A stretch of 64,000 bases of DNA, taken from positions 65,348,001-65,412,000 of the forward strand of contig NC_067400.1 in the NCBI RefSeq assembly GCF_016432865.1. The letters are read 5' to 3'. Positions 63,945 through 64,000 of this stretch are shown here, piece by piece (the stretch's first letter is position 1; each line of letters begins with the position of its first letter). The position numbers were made by a program, and so were the translations under genes. Under the pieces are notes generated by a model. It was not told the origin of the DNA, searched no databases, and was given only the letters and a program-made list of their open reading frames with translations. The DNA is from Antechinus flavipes (taxonomy: Eukaryota).

Positions 63945-64000
63945 ATTTTTTTTTGTTTATTTATTTTTATTAAAGCTTTTTATTTACAAAGCATATGCAT
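63945..64000 (-). mobile_element. L1 3' end running off the window
   Basis: Poly-T then aaagctttttatttacaaagcatatgcat. Confidence 0.7.

Noticed and set aside
27000-64000. Additional protein-coding or structural RNA genes in the intergenic half
   Set aside because: All listed ORFs are short and repeat-derived or lack splice and homology support; tRNA-like A/B boxes belong to SINE heads.

Overview
Marsupial genomic DNA, probably a dasyurid such as the Tasmanian devil (inferred from its SINE, L1 and OC1-like MITE content; not proven). The first 27 kb hold the 3' end of TNS1 (tensin 1) on the + strand: 11 coding exons that splice GT-AG into one open frame of 684 codons plus stop (Ser/Pro-rich region, SH2, PTB), then a ~5 kb putative 3'UTR. 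The rest (27-64 kb) is repeat-rich intergenic DNA (L1, L2, L3/CR1, BovB-like RTE, MIR, MAR1/WSINE1-type SINEs, hAT MITEs) with no coding gene I can support. There are two assembly gaps. I found no unambiguous new biological system. The best leads are: an internal L1 RT fragment flanked by an 11-bp direct repeat without a poly(A) tail; a SINE head mutated into a near-consensus CTCF site, divergent from a second CTCF site in a CpG-retaining island; a compact STAT/NF-kB/STAT palindrome; a 258-nt AG-exclusion zone with an upstream cryptic acceptor at the last TNS1 exon; a BovB-MAR1 chimera; three OC1-like MITEs; and several local duplications. Repeat family names and human comparisons come from memory, and repeat boundaries are approximate unless TSDs/TIRs are quoted.
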